A stretch of 64,000 nt of DNA from NCBI RefSeq assembly GCF_009914755.1, contig NC_060928.1; one strand, given 5' to 3'. The stretch's first letter is position 1; each line of letters starts with the position of its first letter. This DNA is from the human T2T-CHM13v2.0 reference genome, Homo sapiens. The translations under genes were made by a program, and so were the position numbers. Of the stretch, positions 1 through 13,444 are shown in pieces. Under the pieces are notes generated by a model that saw nothing but the letters and a program-made list of their open reading frames with translations, was not told the origin of the DNA and did not search any database.

Positions 1-508
1 TAGTCAAAGATTACAAGTCAGTCAGCTGGAACTGAAACCCAAGGAGGGTTCCACAGAAGCTATGGTTTTAACTTGCTTTCTTACGTGAAAGAAAGATTGT
101 GATGGCAATCTATTAAGTTTGAACAAGAGAGAAGCAGGAAACATATTCTGATATAATTCAGAATGAAGAGCACTTGCTTTATCGAAGCAAGGAAAGACTT
201 TGTAGAATGAGACCATGATTCTACCATGATGATAGGGAATTAACTTTAAATCCTAATTAATCAAAAATGTTATCTTCCCCCCAAAAGAATTCTATTATAA
301 TTAGTAGGTGTGTATTACAGAAATTATACTCAATTTTTATTATTATTATATTTTGAATTTTTTCAATTAAAATTTTGTGGATATCTGTTTTTATTTTTTT
401 GTTATGTAAGTACCTAGAGTTTTCTGAATTTTGTCTCTTGACCTGCAAAGTCTAAAATCTAACATAGTTAGTAACTAGCCCTTTATAGAAAAAGTTTAAT
501 TACTCCTG

Positions 509-864
509 TGGTATGGTTTGGCTGTGTCCCCACCCAAATCTCATTTTGAATTCCTATGTGTTGTGGGAGGGACCCAACGGGAGGTAATTGAATCGTGGGG
601 GCAGGTCTTTCCTGTTCTGTTTTCGTGATACTGAACAAGTCTCAGAAGATCTGATGGTCTTATAAGAGGCAGTTTCCCTACACAAATTCTTTCTCTTTGC
701 CTGTCACCATCCACGTAAGATGTGATTTGCACCTCCTTGCTTCCCACCATAATTGTGAGGCCTCCCCAGCCATGTGGAACTGTAAGTCCATTAAACCTCT
801 TTGTTTTGTAAATTGCCCAGTCTCTGGTACATCTTTATTGCCAGCATGAAAATGGACTAAAACA
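509..864 (+). mobile_element. THE1-family (ERVL-MaLR) solo LTR
   Basis: Begins TGGTATGGTTTGGCTGTGTCCCCACCCAAATCTC, contains GAGGCCTCCCCAGCCATGTGGAACTG and ATTAAACCTCTT, ends GGACTAAAACA; ~355 bp. Confidence 0.93.
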
Positions 865-3338
865 CTCTGGCTTAGGGTAATAACCTGCAAGTTACTCATT
901 CCAATTGAAAAATGAGATAAGCATGAATTATATAAAGTCATGTCTACCATTAATATTTGATAAGACCATTAAGCATTTTTGCATCATATCATGCTTAGAT
1001 TTCTCTTACCAAAGTCTTTGATCCATTTTTCAATCACTTCCATTTTCTTACTAACTAAAGACACCAAACTAGAATGTCTCTTAGTGCAGGGAGTTTGCTT
1101 TCTCCATAGGGGATATGGCCATTGGGAAGTACATCTGTTCTTGCTGTTTGAGGTTTCTTTGTTAGCTTATTCCTCCCGCACAACCAGTATCAATTGTCCC
1201 CTGTGCATATACTCACTTCATTTCTGCCAAATTTTGCCAGATGTTAGTTGCGTTACTGAGACAAGAAGATGGCCAATATCCAAAGTCCCAGATCAGGTAT
1301 CTCCTGCCAATGCTCACCTTAATTTCTAGGGGATACAGGTATACAGAAAATCCCCCTATATAGCAACTCACAGTGACAATTTCAGTGTCAAGCCAGTTTT
1401 ATCCTAGTATGCTGTTATATTTGCATATAATAAAGGTGCCTAGCATAATATCTTTGCTGTCTCCAAACCCAGGATTATAATATTTAAGTCTTTTTAGTTT
1501 ATTTTCCAATTTTTTTCACATCTATGCATCTAAGTGAAAATAAATGTGATGGGATTGATGTAAATAGCAAATGCCATTACATCTAGACCATGAATTTCTA
1601 ATTAAAAAAGTCAGAATGCCAAGAAGAGAAAGTTGTGTAGATCTCATTGTTTTGAGAAGACTAGTAAAGGACACAGCCAGACAGAGATGAGCTTTCAGGG
1701 GGAAGCCAGGAGAATAAATTTGCTTTAATTGCTCCCCTTTCTTCCCCAGATCTCTTCTAAGATGTCTTGATCGACTGACCCCAAAGCCAGAGGGTACCAG
1801 GTCAAAAAGCAAGGTACTAAGGGGGTTGGGGGTAAATTTGGAATACCTGATAGAAGACATCTCTTATTACTTCCCTTTCAAAATTCAGTCAATGAAAACT
1901 CACCCATGTTTATGTGCCTGTTATTGCACTAAAACTGGATATACTTCAGTAAATGAAGCTGACTCATAGTCTAGTCCATGGGTCACCTGGTGGGCAGTGT
2001 AGCATTATAAAATGAAAAAGTGAAATCAATAAGTGCTAGTACTAGAGGGCAAGAACATATGCAGAATAAATAAACAGAAATCACAAATGAAGTATTATTC
2101 TGTTTTGTTTGTATTTTCACAACAGATGGTTGAATGAAAAACTCCAATAACCACAGAAGACTGATTTAATAATGGAATACTATCAGTAAAGCTCATTTAG
2201 AATCTGTAATTAGATTTCATCCTTGATTATATGTGCAAATACCTCCTAAGAAAATAACCGTTTAATAGCTTAATTTTGGTTTAGAAGCCATTTCCAGACT
2301 TTGAATCTAATGTTCTAAATGGTTTCTAAATTTTTGTGTAGTATGATATTCTATGAAAACAATATGCATTATTAAGTTAAAACTTATTATTTCTTACATT
2401 ATTTCTAAGAAAACAAACAATACTGACATTAGAGAGAAGCAAAGTTTCTATAGAAAACCTATTACACTGTGGTATAAATCAAGATGAACCTGCAGACATC
2501 TATTTTAGGTATGTATTAAAGTTAATGTAATAAGACTGGCACCCCAAATGCTACTATTAAAAGTTTTATATCAATGACAATGCTATTACTACTAATAACA
2601 ATCTATAAAAATATAAAGATCCTGCTCAAAGTAGATTCTGGATTCTTATGAGAAAAGTTTTAAGTTGAAAATCTCTTCAGTGTGCATTTGTCTCAAAGAT
2701 GATTCTGGAGGCAAGAAACCACTAATTAATATAATAGTCATTTATCTTATTGTTTTAAGCACCTTATCATGCCCCTCAGATTATATAGCCTCTTTGTAAT
2801 GAGATTAAAAGAGAGACTTGTACAGCTTGTGTTCAACTAAAATTTTCCAATACATTTTTTCTGTTAACTTATTTGAAGTTAAATCTTTCTCTCAAATGTA
2901 ATTAAGAAAAAACTCTCAAGTTTAGCCATGTTACATTGATTTGTTTTTGTTTTGCTTTGTTTTGAGTCATTTATTCTAATTTATTATATTTTTTATTCAC
3001 ATTAATTCTACCATCTGGTATATTAACTATTCTTTTTCTTTGTGAATGGATCATAATGTTGATGAAACAAAGTGAATACAGAATCTTGTGGTATTTAAGT
3101 AGAGACATTTCTTTCAGCTGACAGTGATTAATTAATCAACATCCGTTTTGTGTTTCTCTAACTGCACAGATTTGGAAACTTCATTAAAAAAATTATGTCC
3201 AATGCATATCCTTAAATATTTCTAAGCCCTGGCTATGTGAAAGAGACTGGGTCAGGTGATAGAAATACCAAATGAAAACCCTTGATCTCTGCCCACAAAA
3301 TCTCAAAATCTAGCTGAAAAAACTGTCACATTTACAAC

Positions 3339-3724
3339 TGACTTAGTCTGTTTAGTATTGCTATAAAGGAATGCCTGAGGCTGGGTAATTTATATTTAAA
3401 AAAGGTTTATTTGGTTCGCAGTTTGGAAGTCTGGAAAAGTTCAAGATTGGCCATCTGCAGCTGGTGAGAGCCTCAGGCTGCTTCCCCTCATGGTGGAAGG
3501 TGAAGGGGAGCTGGTGTGTGCAGAGATTACATGGTGAGAGAGTAAATAGGAGAGAGAGGATAGAGATGCCAGACTCTTTTTAACAACCACTTCTCAAGGG
3601 AACTAATCACAATCCCCCAACCCCAGGGAGGGAATTAATCCATTTATGAGGAATCTGTCCCCAAAATCAAAACACTTCCCATTAGGCCTCACTTCCAACA
3701 TTGGGGATCAAATTTCAAGCCACA
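3339..3724 (-). mobile_element. MST-family (MSTB/MSTC-like) MaLR solo LTR
   Basis: TTAGTCTGTTTAGTATTGCTATAAAGGAATGCCTGAGGCTGGGTAATTTATA ... CCCATTAGGCCTCACTTCCAACATTGGGGATCAAATTTCAA matches the reverse strand of MST LTRs; far end slightly truncated. Confidence 0.85.
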
Positions 3725-3772
3725 TATTTAAGAAAGGTAATTATAGAATCAGTTAGAAAAGGGGAATGTATG

Positions 3773-4047
3773 GGCCAGGCGCGGTGGGTCATGCTTGTAA
3801 TTGGAGCAATTTGGGAGGCCGAGGTGGGCGGATCACTTGATGCCAGGAGTTCGAGACCAGCCTGGCCAACATGGTGAAACCCCATCTCTACTAAAAATAC
3901 AAAAATTAGCTGGGTGGCAGGCACCTGTAATCCCAGCTACTTAGGATGCTGAGGCAGGAGAATCGCTTGAACTTTGGAGTCAGAGGTTGCAGTGAGCCGA
4001 GGTAGTGTCACTGCACTCCAACCTGGGTGACAGAGTGAGATCCTGTC
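3773..4047 (+). mobile_element. Alu (AluS-like), tail replaced by GGAA microsatellite
   Basis: GGCCAGGCGCGGTGG start, B box GAGTTCGAGACC, linker CTACTAAAAATACAAAAAATTAGC, right arm ending GAGATCCTGTC. Confidence 0.95.
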
Positions 4048-4185
4048 GAAAGAAAGAAGGAAGGAAGGAAGGAAGGAAGGAAGGAAGGAAGGAAGGAAGG
4101 AAGGAAGGAAGGAAAGAAGGAAGGAAGGAAAGAAGGAAAGAAGGAAGGAAGGAAGAAAAGAAAGAGAGGGAGGGAGGGAGGGGAG
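4048..4185 (+). repeat. (GAAA)n/(GGAA)n/(GGGA)n compound purine microsatellite
   Basis: 14 uninterrupted GGAA units at 4059-4114, flanked by interrupted units. Confidence 0.97.
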
Positions 4186-6207
4186 AATTGAAGGAAACTG
4201 GAAAAATTGAGTTTTTGACTTCTGTATTGAGGTGCTGAGGATCTGAACTAGGACAAGTTTTTACTCACCCTGATCAGTTCCACCTCCACACCCATGACTC
4301 CACTTAGTAACTGAGTCACATGAACTCCTCAAAAACATTCTATTTATCTCTTATCTCAGGGAATCCCTTCCAATTGCTACCCACTAAAGCCACTTGCTCT
4401 GTGCTATTTTTGCAGACTGCCACTTTTGATGCCATGCTTATTCATGGCAACTGGCACTGTTTCTTGGTATTGTAGACTTTATTCCCCTAAAACACAAATT
4501 TGATTTCCTAAAGCCATAGCTCATTCTTTCCCACATTTGTACCAGTTTTATAGCCTATGAATCCCAATGTGAGTCTGAGCACAGAACCCTGGATTTGGCC
4601 AGGACACTTGAAATGGAGTGGAAGAGATGTTTCAACAAGAAAATTGATCCTTTCCCTCAAAGGTCTCATTGAGTGTCAGAGTAGATTTTGAAGCATCTCT
4701 CTTTGCCCCACCTCTTGTAAGTTTCAAAGTCCTATGGGTTTACTTCTACCACACACATTTAAGGCTCTAGAACAATTTACCATAATACCAGGGCTTAATT
4801 AGACATTGTGTGGCCCTAGGCTATGCCTACTTTAAATATCTCCGGTCAATTTTCCATGAAATGTTTCTTTGTGGCAAGTTTGCAATCTCTCTGTAATGAG
4901 AATATTTATAATATATTAACTCTTTTACCTGTACACATTCATACATGTGACACCAGGTCTGCAAACGTATTTATTGTGAATAAAAGCCCCATCCTGGCTA
5001 GCAGCCACCACAGAGAGAACACAACAGATGAATTCATTTTGATATTTTAAATCATATGCATTATTATAAATTATTTGTTTAATTAACACCTTCTGCCTTA
5101 ACAAGGGGTGTTAGCATATGGAAGCATCTGTTGAGCCTGCCTCCTGATGTGAAATGCAAGATTTCTGAAATTTTAACATTTGCACAGATATATGAAGACA
5201 CATTCAATGTCTATAATCAGCATAGCTCCTCAGTTAATGAAATGATTTTGTGGATACAGTATGAAAAGATTTACAATTCATGATGAGATAAACCATTGTT
5301 CTCTGTATATTTGTAAGTATTGTCTTTAGCTCCAGTTTATGACAACCAATTATCCTGGTCACCACAACAATGGAATTTGTTAGATAGTTAGATTAACTAT
5401 CTAAAGTCAGCATTAATTTGAGAAAGCTTTATGAAAGAAGTGACTTTTTAAAACCGGGTAAGAAAATCCAGTGGAAAAATAGAAGAGCAGCTCTCTACAC
5501 ATGAGTTGGGATTCAAAATTTGATTTATTTGGCTCAGGATTTGTGATGCCCCATCTATGGTACTTGTAGGAGAAAAAAAAATCACAATATAGAAAATATG
5601 TAAGTACAAGGTTATACTTGAGGGATATTAGGACGTAATTAACTTACTATTTATGATTAGGTATTTCAGTTTAGTTTGAAAGATAAGTTAGAGTCAGTGT
5701 AGAAGCCAAAATGAATAAATTGGTTGCAACATGTAAATCAGTGGGAGAAGTTGACTATAGTCCAATAGCTCCAGCTACAGTTCAATCACAGAGTGTTTAC
5801 AAGTGAAACGAGATCTATGATTGCAGGAGTAAAAAATAAATGCCTAGACACAAAAAAAATCTGAAGAAGAAAAGGTTAAAATAAATGAGTCATTATTTTA
5901 ACCTTTTGAAACTGAGTACTTTAACATCATTAATAATGGAACAATTTTAGAGAAGCAAAGAGGTCTTGCAACTGAAAGTGGGGAAATAATCAACATGCAA
6001 AAATATTAGATTTCAGATATTGATGTGCCAGGAGAAATACTTATAAAGTAGCAAAAAATAAAAGTTAAGTCTTCACCAGTAGAAATATTCAAAAAGTTTA
6101 GATATTATTGCCTGACCAGCAAATGGACCAGATACTGCAAATTGAGAATTCTCCTGTGTGCCTTTTCCAGTTTTATTGTTAAAATTGGCTCTTTTCAAGA
6201 GATTCTG

Positions 6208-6263
6208 GTGTGAGTGTGTGAGCGAGTATGTGTCTATGTGCACACGTGCATGCACACATATGC
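6208..6263. repeat. degenerate (TG)n/(CA)n alternating purine-pyrimidine tract
   Basis: GTGTGAGTGTGTGAGCGAGTATGTGTCTATGTGCACACGTGCATGCACACATATGC. Confidence 0.7.
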
Positions 6264-7899
6264 CATTCCTGCCTTCTTACCACTCTGTCTATTTTGTGAT
6301 GCTGAGCATCAGCATTGAAAATCAGGCAACAGAAGGTTGAGTGCTAAATGAAAAGTGTAAAAATAGAAGTAGCAGACTCAATGATGTGGTGAGATCTATA
6401 AGACTACAGGATTAAGGGAAGAAAGCAACTGCTCTTTTCCAGCATTTGCTTAAAAAAATGTAATGGAGTAAGGCATAAACATTTCCCATATAATGAAGAT
6501 AAAAAATAGCAATCAATCATTGAATATTGTTAAGCTCCAGTAACAACCCCACGTTCACCTGCCCAAACTCAAAAGTCATTGGAGGATAAGGAAAATGAAG
6601 CTTTAAGGAGAAGTGGGCTCAGACTCTGTGGGTGGGAACATGGTCATCCCATAATCATAAAACAGTCTTGAGGAGCAAGTAGAAGCAGACAAGGGTAAAT
6701 GAGTAAAAGACTTAAAGGTCTCAAAGGGTTATAAAAATACACGTCTGAATGTCTGTAGATGAGAATATTATTTGAAAGAAATGCCAGTTCTTGCTACTCA
6801 GGTTTTAGCATAAATTCAATTTACTTTATATGTCACCACTAAAGGAACAAATGAGAGGAAGCAGCCTTTGGGAGAGGGATAAAGAGAAGCTCAATACCTG
6901 ACAATCTTGAAACTCCGTAGTTTGTAAAAGTATATTGTAAATTCAGAAGAGCCATTGTAACCCTAATTAGAAAAGAATAGAAACCTTAACTATAGAGAAA
7001 GGAGTCCTGACCCTTTACCGAAAGCCTCAAATAAGAGCTAATTTTCCAAGTAATTATTTTTCTTGAATTTTGTACTGTTTTCTTTCTTCTAATTCCATAT
7101 CAAACAAAGTAATTTGTAACAAATGAGAAAATTCATTTTAGTCTGTTTTCTTCTGGACAGTTTTTGATAATTATTCCTTCTTTATTGAGCTCTCTGTTGT
7201 CTTATTCTAAGCCTATCTTTGGCTTCTTATTTGATTTTTTAAAAACACTGATTTTCTTCCTTTAACACTGATTTTTATTTTCACGTTTTTATTTGATGAG
7301 TAATAATCCTGTGAAATAATTTCCAAAGTGAACACTGGGCATTCCCTGGGTGACTCAATCTCCAAATGGCTACTGGGAACTGGAGGACCTTTTCTGTATC
7401 TACCCACCCATTACTTTCCAGGCTTAGGCCCTTTCCCTTCTAGGAAACTCTCCAAGATCACTTGTGGGGTCCCACTTCAAACCTCAGCTCCTCCTTAACT
7501 CCTCTGCCCTTCTCTTATTTTTAGAGGATCCTTCCCCTCTTTTCTGGTTTCCTTCAGAGGCACCCTCACATTCATTTCTTCTCAAATGCAACTGTCCTCT
7601 AGTTCTTTTGTGATAGTCTTGAAGGCTCATATAACCCAGATCTGAATCATATTGAAAATGACTTTGCCTTTCTTTGAGACTTTAAAGTTTAACTTCAGGG
7701 AGAGAGAAAAAGCATTCTCAATTCATTCTTGTATGATAAATGAAAGAAAGAAAATAAAACAGCAGCTTTTAATGTTAAAACAATACAAACATTTAAATCC
7801 TGCCACACATTCAATAATAAAAAGTATTGAGTGAGTTATTAATTTATGTGGATGAAGCCTTCTCTCTTACCACTTTCCACCACAGAGGGTGGAAAACCT

Positions 7900-8285
7900 T
7901 CTTGAGATCTTGGGCTGGGCCTGTGGCACAGTTCTGTCCCCACTGGGGAAGAAAGTCATTTGGTGGTGATATGGATTAGGGGTTTCTGGAATGTCTTTTT
8001 CTTTCCTTATAAAATGATCAAATGATGCTGAGCATAGATGTGATACCTGGAGTTGCAGCACCATCTCTGCGATCATGTAGCAATAAACATGGAGATGAAA
8101 AGTCATGCACTGGGCATGATGAAGCAAAAGTATGCAACGATCCTACGTACGGATGATTTCTGAGCAGGAGAACTGCCACTCCTAATGGCTTACCTTCTTG
8201 TACTTTTTACTGTGTAAGATAAATTTGTCTGATTCATTGTTTTTCTGTTTTCTATTACTTGCAATTAAAACTCTTCCTAACACAC
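7900..8285 (+). mobile_element. old MLT1 (J/K/L-like) MaLR LTR
   Basis: GATGTGATACCTGGAGTTGCAGCACCATCT core and terminal TTTCTATTACTTGCAATTAAAACTCTTCCTAACACA; boundaries approximate. Confidence 0.6.
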
Positions 8286-9566
8286 TGTATTCAAAGTATT
8301 TTAACTGCCAAAGCTTTAGACCCATGAGTACATGCTCTGCAGTCATGACTGCAGCAAAGCCAAGTATGTTCCTTAGAGAGAGCTCCTTCCCAATCTGTGC
8401 TTCTGAATCTCAGCATATTTTGGAGAGAAAAGTTTGTTTAACTTCAGCTGCATCTCTAGATTCGGATACAAATCTATAAGGTCAGGAAGAGGAAAGGTAT
8501 TGAACATTGACAGGGTAATATATTTTCCCCTAACCCACAGAAATTACTTGAATAAAACTATCTTCTGTCTGTAGCTAAAATCAGCCATGCAAATTGGCTC
8601 CTTTTTTCTCAATCATTAGTTCAGGAGACATGCTCAAACATATCTGAATTCCTACTTTGTCCAAGTTGGGATGTCTAGTATATTCATTATATCCTTACAG
8701 ATTATTTAATTAAACATATTTGGGATGGCAGTACGTTGCTCAAGAACTTACTACTAGTGATGTAGACAAGCCCACCTCTTTGATTAGCAAGAGTTGAAAC
8801 AGTCATAGATCTCTGTCTGTATTTTGGATAATTAAGTTCCTTTCTCAGAGTTTGTTTTTGCCTCTAGATATCAATGCTAGCTTTTAAGTGAACATCATAG
8901 TACTTGTCATTTCTTTTTCTTCCACCATTAACTGTTTTATACTCTTAAATATTCAGACTGTTGGCAGAAACTTCTCTTACAGATGATCATAGCTCTCGTT
9001 CTGACTTATTTCCTTTTACACTTTGATCCACCTCATAAAGCCTCCCAGTTTTTCTCTTCATTCAGGGTTTATTTCAACTTTGAAGTTGTCCTCATCTTGA
9101 TATTCCTTTCTAGTGTTGTAAGACCAAGAAAATGTGTCAAACATAACATATATTACAAATACTAGAGTTTAAACTCAAGTACTTATTTTTAGAAATAGTA
9201 TGGCTAAAACTGTTAATAATGTGTAAGTTTTCATATATTTTTAGAATATTTATATACCCAGTTTATATAAATCTGAGTTTTGTGTCCCTAAAATTGTACC
9301 TCATATAGGTTTGACAAAGGGAAAATTTGTGTATCACCAGGGCATAATTGAATTTCTGCCTTTACAGTTACTTTACATAAAACTGAAAACTTTGAATTTC
9401 ATATGTAAAATAATGAAATTATCCAATAATTTTGAAACAATTTGAACTATTTTCTGTTGTATATTTTTTAAAAATGTCATATTTCCCATAACCGGAGAGT
9501 GCATTGTAACATGTGCAATCATTAGAAGGCTTGAGCTGCTCTCTAGAAGAGTAGAAAGAACATTGG

Positions 9567-11216
9567 TAGGGTCAAGTTTCACTCCTCTGTATATGGTTTT
9601 CCAGCATTCTCAGAACCATTCATTGAATGGGATGTCCTTTCTCTATTATTTCTGTCGACATTGTAAGACATTAGTTGGTTGTAGGTGTGTAGCTTTATTT
9701 CTGCATTTTCTATTTGGTTCCATTGACATTGACCTATGTCTATTTTTTTGTGCCAGTACCATGCTATTTTGGTTAATGTAGCTTTGTAGTATAATTTGAA
9801 GTCAGGTAATGTGATGCCTCTGGTTTTGTTCTTTTTGCTTAAAATTGCTTTGGCTATTCAGGCTTTTTTTTATTTCCTACCTTTTACCGTATGCAAAAAT
9901 TAACTCAAAATGGGTTAAAGACTTAAATGTAAGACCTTAAACTATACAAATCCTACAAGAAACCCTAGGAAATACTCTCTGGAAATTGATCTAGGTAAAT
10001 AATTTATGACAAAAACAAAAATTGACAACTTTGACCTAAACTAAAGATTCTGCAGAGCAAAACAAACTATCAACAGAGTAAACAGACAATCTAAAGAATG
10101 GCAGAAAATATCTGCAAACTATGCATCTGTCAAAGGACTAATATCCAGAATCTATGAAGAACCAAAACAAATCAACAAGAAAAAAAAACATTAAAAAATA
10201 GGCAAAGACTTGTACCCCATAAATGTACACATATAACATAATTGAATTTGCTTAAAAAAAAAAGAGTACTGGCCTACCATATGGGAAAAAATAAAGCTGG
10301 ATTACTAGACACCTACGGCAAAATAAATTCTAGCTGAAACAAACATATAAAGATATAAAATAAAATAATACATATTATAAAAATAGTAGGCAAAGGACAT
10401 GAATGGACACTTCTCAAAAGAAGTTGGACAAATGGCCACAAACATGAAAAAATGCTCATCATCACTAACTGTCAGAGAAATGCAAATCAAAACCACAATG
10501 AAATATCATCTCACAGCAGTCAGAATGGATATTTTTGAAAAATAAAAAAATAACAGATGTTGGTGAGGCTGTGGAGAAAAGGGCATGCTTATACATTGTT
10601 TGTAGGATTAGTTCAGTCTGTATAGAAAGCAGTTCAGTCTCTATAGAAAGCAGTTTAGAGATTTCTCAAAGAACTAAAAATAGAATTACCATTTAACCCA
10701 GCAATCCCATTACTGAGTATATACTCAGAGAAAAATAAATCATTCTACCAAAAGGACACATGCAATTGCATGTTGCACCACCATTCACAATTACAAAGAC
10801 GTAGAATCAACCTAGGTGTCTATAAACTGGGATTGGATAAAGAAAATATGGTATATATACACCATGAAATACTGTGCAGCCAGAAAAAAGACTGAAATTA
10901 TGTGCTTTGCAGCAACATGGATGCATCTGGAGGCTATTATCCTAAGAGAATTAACACAGAAACAGAAAGCCATATATCACATGTTCTAGTTTATAAATAG
11001 GAGCCAAACACTGGTGACACATGAAAATAAATGTGGAAACAGTAGACACCAGTAGGAGAGGGAAGAGGTGAAAAACTACCTATCGGGTACTATGTTCACT
11101 ATTTGGGTGACAGGTTCAACTGAAGCCCAAATGTCAGCATCACCCAATATATCCATGTAACAGACCTTCACATATATCCCTGAACTGAAAATTTTTTAAA
11201 AAAATTAAAAATAAAA
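9567..11216 (+). mobile_element. 5'-truncated, 5'-inverted L1 (L1PA16/L1PB-age); inverted part ~9567-9872 on -, direct part ~9876-11216 on +
   Basis: Antisense ORF2 3' segment joined to sense ORF2 end plus 3'UTR (AAAAACTACCTATCGGGTACTATGTTCACTATTTGGGTGAC). TSD AGAAAGAACATTGG (9553-9566) / AGAAAGAGCATTGG (11217-11230). Confidence 0.9.
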
Positions 11217-11370
11217 AGAAAGAGCATTGGCTTTAAAAGCTGACAAACCTGGACTGAAACATCTGACTCTGCCAAATTTTGCCTCTGTCCCATTGGGTGT
11301 ATCATATTACCTTTCTGTTTCCAAAGCTTAATGGCCTTAATTGTAAGCAGTTATAATAACAGCTATTTAA
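11217..11370 (+). mobile_element. MIR relic, interrupted by the L1 above (its 5' part lies near 9535-9566)
   Basis: AGAGCATTGGCTTTAAAAGCTGACAAACCTGGACTGAAACATCTGACTCTGCC resembles the MIR head and core. Confidence 0.6.
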
Positions 11371-11798
11371 TGTTTTACAATACTAGTTTTATACAACTGT
11401 CATTTTTTAAATTCCTCAAATCAACCTTTCTCCATCTCAGAATAATTTAAAATTTTTGGACTAAGGCTATTGTTTCACAGCTGCAATTATTACAAGTCTC
11501 CTCGCCACCCCCTGTGACCTGTAGCTTTGGTTATTTGAGATATAAAAAAAATATACTGACCATTCTGTTGTAAACTTGTTAGCTTGTTAACTAGCAGCCT
11601 AAGATAGATATTTGATATCTCCTATCATTCTGATACAGGTTATTCCTGCTTGATCTGTGTTTTCCAGATGTAAAAATAAAATCGATAGCCATGATTTCTC
11701 TCTTAGTTTCAAATGATCATTCTCACAGGCATTTGGTAGAATCTCTCACAATTAGCATCACTTGTTTACCTTAGTTATATGTGTAAAAATAGTTGAGT

Positions 11799-11857
11799 AT
11801 GTGTTAAATTTCTCTGGTGTCATAACATGTGCTAGATTTCTCTGGTGTCATAACATG
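11799..11857. repeat. 28-bp tandem duplication
   Basis: ATGTGTTAAATTTCTCTGGTGTCATAAC / ATGTGCTAGATTTCTCTGGTGTCATAAC, 2 mismatches. Confidence 0.9.
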
Positions 11858-11944
11858 ACTTGTATTTAAGGTTTTGTGGGCCCTTTGGCACATGTACTCC
11901 CTGGACAGGAAAAGGAAACTGGGACAAGGAAAGATGATGCAGCA

Positions 11945-12367
11945 GAGGGCTTGGGTGCCTGCCTCACATTCCCTTGCACAGATCTGATTTTAGCTGTAGT
12001 TTTAGTAGACAGTTTCTTTAAGCTCCAATTCACCTTATGCTGACCCATACAGAGCTGGCAATACATATTTCCATTTTCTGCTTAGAGGTTCTCTGATACC
12101 ACAAGAACATATGTAGTCTACCCCACCATCTTTTAGAGGAACAATTCTAGATTATTTTATTTTTCATGCTCTGAGAAGATTTCAAAAGTTCAAGCCAATC
12201 TGCCTCATAGTTGTGACCTCAATACAATTTTTTGTTAGCTTTTTTATTCTTCTGTGTCTCAGTCTACCCCTCCTTTTCTCCTGTTTCTTGAGATCATCTA
12301 TCAAATAAACTACCTGCACTCAAGTTCTTATCTGAGACTCTGCTTTCAGGGAAATCCAGCCAAGAAA
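11945..12367 (+). mobile_element. LTR16/LTR33-like ERVL LTR
   Basis: 3' end CAAATAAACTACCTGCACTCAAGTTCTTATCTGAGACTCTGCTTTCAGGGAAATCCAGCCAAGA is typical of this group; start approximate. Confidence 0.6.
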
Positions 12368-13444
12368 GTATGTGTTCTATGAGTGGCTGCCCTTGTAGTT
12401 ATTCAAGTGGTCCCACCAACAATGCTCGAAAGGCACAGTAAACCAAGGTATGGTGAAGACAAATGTGGGTATGAGGACATTCAGTATTGCTGAGAGGTTA
12501 CGGCAGAAAGGAAAAAGGGTGACACAATTTTTTTCTGGATAGTCAGCTCCATTCACAGTGGGATCCCAGCTGACACCTGGAAAAACAGGATTCTTGATAA
12601 GGGTAAGCTGATCCAGCCAGATGGCCTGATGCCAGCATAGGGATCCTTGCATCAGAGGGATACTTTGTTGGTAGAGGGCCTGAGTCAGAAACTCAAATGT
12701 AACACTGGTTCAACAAGTCAAGATAAAGTGAGGAATGCTGCAGCTCAGAAGCTACATGGGAATCTCAAACTCGTTCACAGAATATGGCATACTAAGCCTA
12801 TGTAATGAAGTGATTCCAAACATTTTAGGATAATTGCCCAAAGTTATATGATCTTTTTGTTTCTATTTTCCAAGTGAAAGGCACTGGTCACTTTACCTTC
12901 CTGTCTCAAGAAAGTAGGAGCTGATGAAAATAGAACAGAATTTCTCTACATTTTAAAATTTTCTTCTGTTTTGTTAATATAGTGGAGGTACTTGGAGGTT
13001 AGAGGGTTAAAAGAAGGAAGAGAGATTGCTCCAACCTCTTAATCCTCTTGGGGCATCTGAGTCATTTCCATGGAACCCATGGTGTTCTGGCTTGATAAGT
13101 TTTTGCAGAGACAGGACCCTTGTCTTGTCTGGCTTCTGTACTCCAAAATATCAGCATGGCAAAATGTTTAGAAACTTAACTAAGTTCCATAATGAAGAAG
13201 GTAATAATGGATAATTCACAGAAGTTATGTATACTTCCCAAATTTCTGAAGTAGTTCAGGGTAGAATAAAGAAGAAAACAGTCTTCTTTAATTTTAAAGG
13301 TTAGATACAACATACGAAAGTAACTAGATAAACAATAACAATGATGATGTTTTAACTTTTTTTCTGGAAAACAAAGTTGTCATGTGGCTCATCTAGAGTT
13401 ATTATAGCAGGCTCCAAGTGAAAATTCTGCCATAGAAGCTGACT

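Noticed and set aside
4005-4238. KEGR-repeat protein
   Set aside because: Translation of the GGAA microsatellite.
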